Under the pieces are notes generated by a model, which was not told the DNA's origin, made no database searches, and saw nothing but the letters and a program-made list of their open reading frames with translations. The translations under genes were made by a program, and so were the position numbers. From an uncultured virus (IMG/VR IMGVR_UViG_3300033069_000905) (Duplodnaviria; Heunggongvirae; Uroviricota; Caudoviricetes): a stretch of DNA of 20,000 nt. Positions 16,022 through 20,000 of this stretch are shown here, piece after piece; the first letter of the stretch is position 1, and each line of letters starts with the position of its first letter. Location: positions 111,954-131,953 of the IMG/VR virus record IMGVR_UViG_3300033069_000905; one strand, given 5' to 3'.

Positions 16022-16716
16022 GCCTTGTTTTCGAGTTGAGCCAGTTTTGAAATGGAATCCAGCCCCAGACGATGTGCTGTCATTTGGCTGTAGGACTCGA
16101 CTTCTATTTTTGCGTCACTGGTCGCCTTTTCAAGAGCCACTTCAGCCGCCTTAACCGAATACTCAAGGTTCCCCGGCAGGTTTTTCACGTGGCAGTTAAG
16201 AGAAAACAACCGCTCTTTCAGCGCCTTTTTGGGGATCGTTCCTGATTCAACCAAAACATTGATTGCGGCCAGTTCTTCAGTGATCTTCTGGATTTGTTCC
16301 GCAGAAGAACGCCCAATTTCGTCACGGTGTAAATCCGCTTTGGATTGGATATGTTCAATGGCGGGGATAACCTCAAGACCAGCCTTCGGGGGAGCAGCGT
16401 ACAGCAAGGTAATCGGTGTGCCTGATCCATTGCCTTGCGACGTAATGAACTGTGCAAATTGAGCGTGTGACATTTCAAACTCACACAAAATGTCTTTACC
16501 GAAAACCCAATCACGCCCTAAGTCACGCCGCAGTTCTGCACGCTGCACTTGAATTCGCATCGCCGCGTTATGCCCGATGTCTGATCCGAACAAGGTTGTA
16601 CTGCCCCCTGTTGTTTGAGACAGCGTAACCAGACCGTAGGCCGGGTGAGAATACACATCCCCACTGTGCATCGAAGTGTCAGGCGTAATCTTAGGTTTTT
16701 CGTATTTTCGTGTCAT
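16018..16716 (-). CDS. hypothetical phage protein
   Basis: AAGGA RBS; HPAYG...LFGSD N-terminal domain plus coiled-coil. Confidence 0.8.
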   Translation of the reverse strand: MTRKYEKPKITPDTSMHSGDVYSHPAYGLVTLSQTTGGSTTLFGSDIGHNAAMRIQVQRAELRRDLGRDWVFGKDILCEFEMSHAQFAQFITSQGNGSGTPITLLYAAPPKAGLEVIPAIEHIQSKADLHRDEIGRSSAEQIQKITEELAAINVLVESGTIPKKALKERLFSLNCHVKNLPGNLEYSVKAAEVALEKATSDAKIEVESYSQMTAHRLGLDSISKLAQLENKA

Positions 16717-16725
16717 GTGTATTCC

Positions 16726-16986
16726 TTAAATAGTATGGACGACCAGCTTAGATACACGGTTGTTATCGGAGTGTGGCTTGTACTCGCACATCTCCCCGTC
16801 CCAAAATTCGTTGGCGATAGCCGCTTCAGCGTCTTGTTCAAAGACGATAGACCCGCCCGTGCGATGACTGACCACCTTGATAAACTCAGGGAAACCGCCC
16901 GAAAGGAAATTACTTGCAAGCGTCAACACGCCTGTTTCCTTGTAGTAAGTACAATCCTTTAGACTGACTTGTTGCAGATGATCCAT
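16726..16986 (-). CDS. hypothetical protein
   Basis: GGAGG RBS directly after a promoter. Confidence 0.8.
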   Translation of the reverse strand: MDHLQQVSLKDCTYYKETGVLTLASNFLSGGFPEFIKVVSHRTGGSIVFEQDAEAAIANEFWDGEMCEYKPHSDNNRVSKLVVHTI

Positions 16987-17009
16987 ATAACCTCCGTGTT
17001 AGAAACTAC

Positions 17010-17038
17010 ATGCTACAACAATCAGAACGGTTTGTCAA
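17010..17038 (-). promoter_or_regulatory. sigma70-type promoter
   Basis: TTGACA-17 bp-TAGCAT. Confidence 0.7.
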
Positions 17039-17255
17039 GGCGTGCCACCCATTTTAGGCAAACAGCCGTGCACGATACGGGAAAGTAAATGTCGGGGTTC
17101 CTTCCGCACCTGTTGCGCTCCGTCAGGCTCACCCTGTCAGGGTCTGCTATGAAATACGTACAGTCAGAGCACTGTGGAGTTTTTTCCTTGTAGCCGTTCT
17201 TCACCTTCAAGTGTTCCAACACGTTCAAAGAGACACCTTCAAGACTTATTGACAT
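17022..17255 (-). CDS. small Cys-rich hypothetical protein
   Basis: CSDCTYF...C...CLKW; GGAGA RBS before ATG 17255. Confidence 0.7.
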   Translation of the reverse strand: MSISLEGVSLNVLEHLKVKNGYKEKTPQCSDCTYFIADPDRVSLTERNRCGRNPDIYFPVSCTAVCLKWVARLDKPF

Positions 17256-17341
17256 AGCTTTCTCCAACCTTCAGGTAAAGTACAGTTCTTGGGGGATTTT
17301 TTGAACATCGGTGCGATTTGTTCGTCGGAATACCCGGCCAC
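17246..17341 (-). pseudogene. displaced C-terminal fragment of the macro-like gene (VAGYSDEQIAPMFKKSPKNCTLPEGWRKLCQ*)
   Basis: Manual translation; aligns without gaps, 10/27 identical, to LANLCDSAVAPLFSSASENCFFDEFWR of ORF 17970-18356. Confidence 0.8.
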
Positions 17342-17346
17342 TCAGG

Positions 17347-17973
17347 CTAAAAATTTAACTTGTGCGGCCAGTTATTTGTTTTTATGAAGTCGTCCCTTGC
17401 AATAGCTGCTTCAAGTTCTGTATCAAACGTCCCGACGTAGTACGCTACACCACTACGCTTTATGGAAGCCTCCCACTTACTTCCTCTTAAAGATACACCT
17501 AAGTATTTTGAAGACGTGTTCGCTGCTTTTCTTTGGTTTGCGGCTTGAGTGTTCCAATCAGACCACTTGCAGTTATCAGGTTCGTAATTACCTTCTACAT
17601 GTATTCTATCAATTGTTAGTTCATCTGTGTATCCCGCTTTAATCGCCCACTCTCTAAAAACAGCAAAATTGTCCCAAGTGTGCGCGTAAGTAATGCCCAA
17701 CGCACCATAATTCTTATAGTCTGTTGCTTTTGTGTCGGTGCAGCGTCTTCGCATGTTTATCCACGTTTGATATAGCCTTGTTTTTTTACCCCCGTGTGTG
17801 GTTACTGCATCCCTGTTGGCGCAACCGCAGGATGTTGTTATTCCCGTCCTTAAGGACGACGCTCGCACTTTTGTTAAGTTTCCACAGACGCATAAGCACT
17901 CCCATTTAAGGTGCCTGTCTGTTTTAGCTGCCGGTGCTACTACCGTAAGCCTTCCGAATGTTTTTCCTATCAT
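17347..17973 (-). CDS. HNH homing endonuclease with C-terminal AP2 domain
   Basis: GKTFGRLTV...CLCVCG...SCGC; TIDRI...GNYEPDNCKW...QAAN; SKYLGV...KWEASI...GTFDTELEAA. Confidence 0.9.
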   Translation of the reverse strand: MIGKTFGRLTVVAPAAKTDRHLKWECLCVCGNLTKVRASSLRTGITTSCGCANRDAVTTHGGKKTRLYQTWINMRRRCTDTKATDYKNYGALGITYAHTWDNFAVFREWAIKAGYTDELTIDRIHVEGNYEPDNCKWSDWNTQAANQRKAANTSSKYLGVSLRGSKWEASIKRSGVAYYVGTFDTELEAAIARDDFIKTNNWPHKLNF

Positions 17974-18356
17974 GCGTAGGTGCCCCAATAATTTTTAGAA
18001 TCGCCTAAGTAGGTTCTCCAAAACTCGTCAAAAAAGCAGTTTTCTGATGCGCTAGAAAATAGGGGCGCTACCGCGCTATCACATAAATTTGCGAGTCCGC
18101 AGCCTACCCGCGTGACATTAAACTCAAGGTCGGGGTTAGCTTTGGCATACTCAACAAAGCCGTCCACGTACTGCTTGATAACGGTCAGGGGGAGCGTCCT
18201 CAGTCGTCCGTCTTTAGTGGGGATAGCATAGGCATTACCTGTTCTACCCACGCCAACGCCGTATACAGCCCCGTAGTTAAGCTTGGCGTAGAGTGCTGCA
18301 CCCTTACCATGACGGCCATCAAAATTGCTCCCGAATACAAAGCACCTACTTGTCAT
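17970..18356 (-). CDS. A1S_2505-family phage protein (macrodomain-like)
   Basis: FVFGSNxxGRHGKGAA, AYAIPTK and FNVTRVGCGLA motifs. Confidence 0.8.
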   Translation of the reverse strand: MTSRCFVFGSNFDGRHGKGAALYAKLNYGAVYGVGVGRTGNAYAIPTKDGRLRTLPLTVIKQYVDGFVEYAKANPDLEFNVTRVGCGLANLCDSAVAPLFSSASENCFFDEFWRTYLGDSKNYWGTYA

Positions 18357-18999
18357 TGCATTTAAACCTCTGTTTTGATGTATTTATTGGCGTCATAATG
18401 GAATCTTCTAGCGTCATACCTGTCCTACGACGTTCTTTTACTAAACCGTACCTGATCCCTTTTATACGGCACCACTCGCCAATTGAGTGTGTCTCATCAC
18501 CCATCACTACACGGGCTGTGTGTGATTGATTCTGTGCTTGTTCTAGCTTAGTTGCCCACCTACAATTACTAGGCTCGTAGCCTTTAGCGTTGTCATTACG
18601 TTCAATCGTGTGCTTATGCGGTCGCTCTCCCATGTCTGCCAAGAAATTAGTGAACCCATCATCACCAGACCATCTATCGCACACTTTAACATGGGCGTAC
18701 CGTGGGTTAACTATAACCCGTTGGTGCATCGCTTGCCATGAACGATAGGCACCTGATTGGGCACCACGAATAGCATTAGAATGCTTAGTGTTCTTGGCAG
18801 CAACAAGTTCAGACCTATAACAACCACACGATGTTATGTTTAAAAACCTAACCCAATTGACGGTAGCCTCAATCACAGTCCCGCAAGAGCATAGAAACAC
18901 GGCTTGACGACGGTTTTTATACGAAGGTAGTTCATACTGGTACGTTAGCCTAGTGTTGGGAATCAAATCCCCCTTTTTATAGATAATGCGTGCTGGCAT
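18346..18999 (-). CDS. HNH homing endonuclease
   Basis: CSCG...TSCGC; YRSWQAMHQR, VCDRW, FLADMGERP, TIERNDNAKGYEPSNCRWAT..EQAQN. Confidence 0.9.
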   Translation of the reverse strand: MPARIIYKKGDLIPNTRLTYQYELPSYKNRRQAVFLCSCGTVIEATVNWVRFLNITSCGCYRSELVAAKNTKHSNAIRGAQSGAYRSWQAMHQRVIVNPRYAHVKVCDRWSGDDGFTNFLADMGERPHKHTIERNDNAKGYEPSNCRWATKLEQAQNQSHTARVVMGDETHSIGEWCRIKGIRYGLVKERRRTGMTLEDSIMTPINTSKQRFKCNDK

Positions 19000-19031
19000 G
19001 TGCAAACTAATCCGTGTTTGGAAACCTAGCT

Positions 19032-19061
19032 ACTATACACCCAAAGACAAATAAGAAGCAA
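19032..19061 (-). promoter_or_regulatory. putative promoter of the HNH cassette
   Basis: TTGCTT-18 bp-TATAGT immediately inside the inferred insertion boundary. Confidence 0.45.
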
Positions 19062-19064
19062 CGG

Positions 19065-19148
19065 CTAATTGCTCCCGAACACAAAAATTCTGTCTGACAC
19101 CGAGTTTTCAATAGCACACGATAGCGCTTTAACGTCATCAGCGTCCAT
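19065..19148 (-). pseudogene. displaced N-terminal fragment of the macro-like gene (MDADDVKALSCAIENSVSDRIFVFGSN*)
   Basis: ATG overlaps the upstream TGA; ends in FVFGSN-TAG; 18/19 nt identical to 18323-18341. Confidence 0.8.
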
Positions 19149-19399
19149 CAGTTTTTAAACTCCGGTTTTTCTGTAGGATTCTTGGCGTCTTTCCATAGCG
19201 TAACGTAGTTCGGTTGTAGTACAGAACCGTCATCCTTGAGCACGCAATTTGTTACGCTAAACGGCCACCATCTCTCGGCATTCCACATGCCCCACACATC
19301 TTTTCGGGCAATGGCTAAGGTAATGTCGCTATCGTAGTCTTTCAACCAAACCAGCCGACCACGCGACAGGAAGCACCACACACGTTTTATTAGATTCAT
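19148..19399 (-). CDS. Trp-rich hypothetical protein
   Basis: In operon register with its neighbours. Confidence 0.65.
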   Translation of the reverse strand: MNLIKRVWCFLSRGRLVWLKDYDSDITLAIARKDVWGMWNAERWWPFSVTNCVLKDDGSVLQPNYVTLWKDAKNPTEKPEFKN

Positions 19400-19401
19400 A
19401 A

Positions 19402-19827
19402 TCAGTCATACCCACTCGAATATTTGTCTTCGTCCCCAACATCGTCCCCGATAGGGTTAGGGAAGCCGTACTTCACTGCTGTAGCCTTGAACAATGGAAG
19501 ACCGTACTGAGCGTAGTCCTCGAAGCCTTCAAGCCCTTCTTCGAGAATCCAGTTCCACATTTCAACGACTTCGTACATCAAGCCAGCACTGATCCCCCGC
19601 TTGTTGAGCGCCTTTTCAAAACCGAACTCAACGTCATCCTTCAACTGTGCAAGGACATTTTCCCGCGTGAAATCAAGTGCAACGTGCTTGCCGACGAATT
19701 CAGGTTTCAGTTCCAGACCGAACGAAGCCAGTTCAAACTCGGGGATGAACTGACACAGACGCGCCATGTCCCGACCACCCAGCGTTTCTGACTTGTACTG
19801 CAATCTGATTTGTTCAAGTGTTTTCAT
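19402..19827 (-). CDS. hypothetical phage protein
   Basis: AAGGA RBS; 141 aa. Confidence 0.8.
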   Translation of the reverse strand: MKTLEQIRLQYKSETLGGRDMARLCQFIPEFELASFGLELKPEFVGKHVALDFTRENVLAQLKDDVEFGFEKALNKRGISAGLMYEVVEMWNWILEEGLEGFEDYAQYGLPLFKATAVKYGFPNPIGDDVGDEDKYSSGYD

Positions 19828-19832
19828 TCGTT

Positions 19833-20000
19833 TTATTCCTTCCCTGTTTCCCTTGATACGGTAACGTCCGCAAGCGTAGCATCACGCCAACTGGTGTAAG
19901 GCACATTAACTATGTCTTCCGTATAAACTTCTTCGACCTCAAGAATCAGTACGGTCTTCTTGAAAATGAAGCCTTCTTTACCCACGCGAAAGCGTGTGCG
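19833..20000 (-). CDS. 3' part of a hypothetical gene (...WRDATLADVTVSRETGKE*)
   Basis: Open frame from the right edge to TAA at 19833. Confidence 0.6.
   Translation of the reverse strand, partial: RTRFRVGKEGFIFKKTVLILEVEEVYTEDIVNVPYTSWRDATLADVTVSRETGKE

Noticed and set aside
908..18529. All plus-strand ORFs in the ORF track
   Set aside because: They are antisense shadows of well-supported minus-strand genes and show no recognisable motifs.
19005..19067. TAG read-through or stop-codon recoding
   Set aside because: The frame after the TAG hits another TAG and does not join the HNH frame. The long genes are intact under the standard code.
17246..19148. Group I introns or inteins carrying the HNH genes
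   Set aside because: There are only about 65 nt before HNH-1 and 5 nt after HNH-2, and both overlap the central ORF, so there is no room for a ribozyme core. The HNH ORFs are separate, out-of-frame ORFs with their own stops and no intein motifs.
1..20000. CRISPR array, tRNA/rRNA genes, IS elements, integrase
   Set aside because: No regularly spaced repeats, RNA gene signatures, or transposase/integrase motifs were seen by eye.

Overview
This is a bacteriophage segment, most likely from a tailed dsDNA phage of a Proteobacterium. About 40 tightly packed genes all lie on the minus strand, preceded by six near-consensus sigma70 promoters that share TTGACAAA-N15-(T/G)AnnnT. The left part (141-5710) is an unusual phospho-transfer cluster. 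It holds a PPDK-like dikinase whose pyruvate-binding barrel is replaced by an unrelated C-terminal region, a Zn-ribbon/wHTH protein, a CsrA-like protein, a Zn-finger protein, two CX5R phosphatases and an unknown 325-aa protein. The middle holds nucleotide-metabolism genes (dNMP kinase, dCMP deaminase, a degenerate dUTPase-like protein) and a 699-aa modular protein with ParB-like and ART-like domains joined by repeated linkers. The right part holds small hypothetical genes, a SLOG protein and a macro-like (A1S_2505 family) gene between two HNH endonucleases. Displaced copies of that gene's N- and C-terminus lie outside the HNH genes, which suggests each endonuclease inserted into the gene and supplied a replacement end. 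A 14-16 bp pseudo-palindrome (TTGCAAGTAATTTCAA) recurs four times. All family assignments come from motif recognition by eye; no database searches were run.
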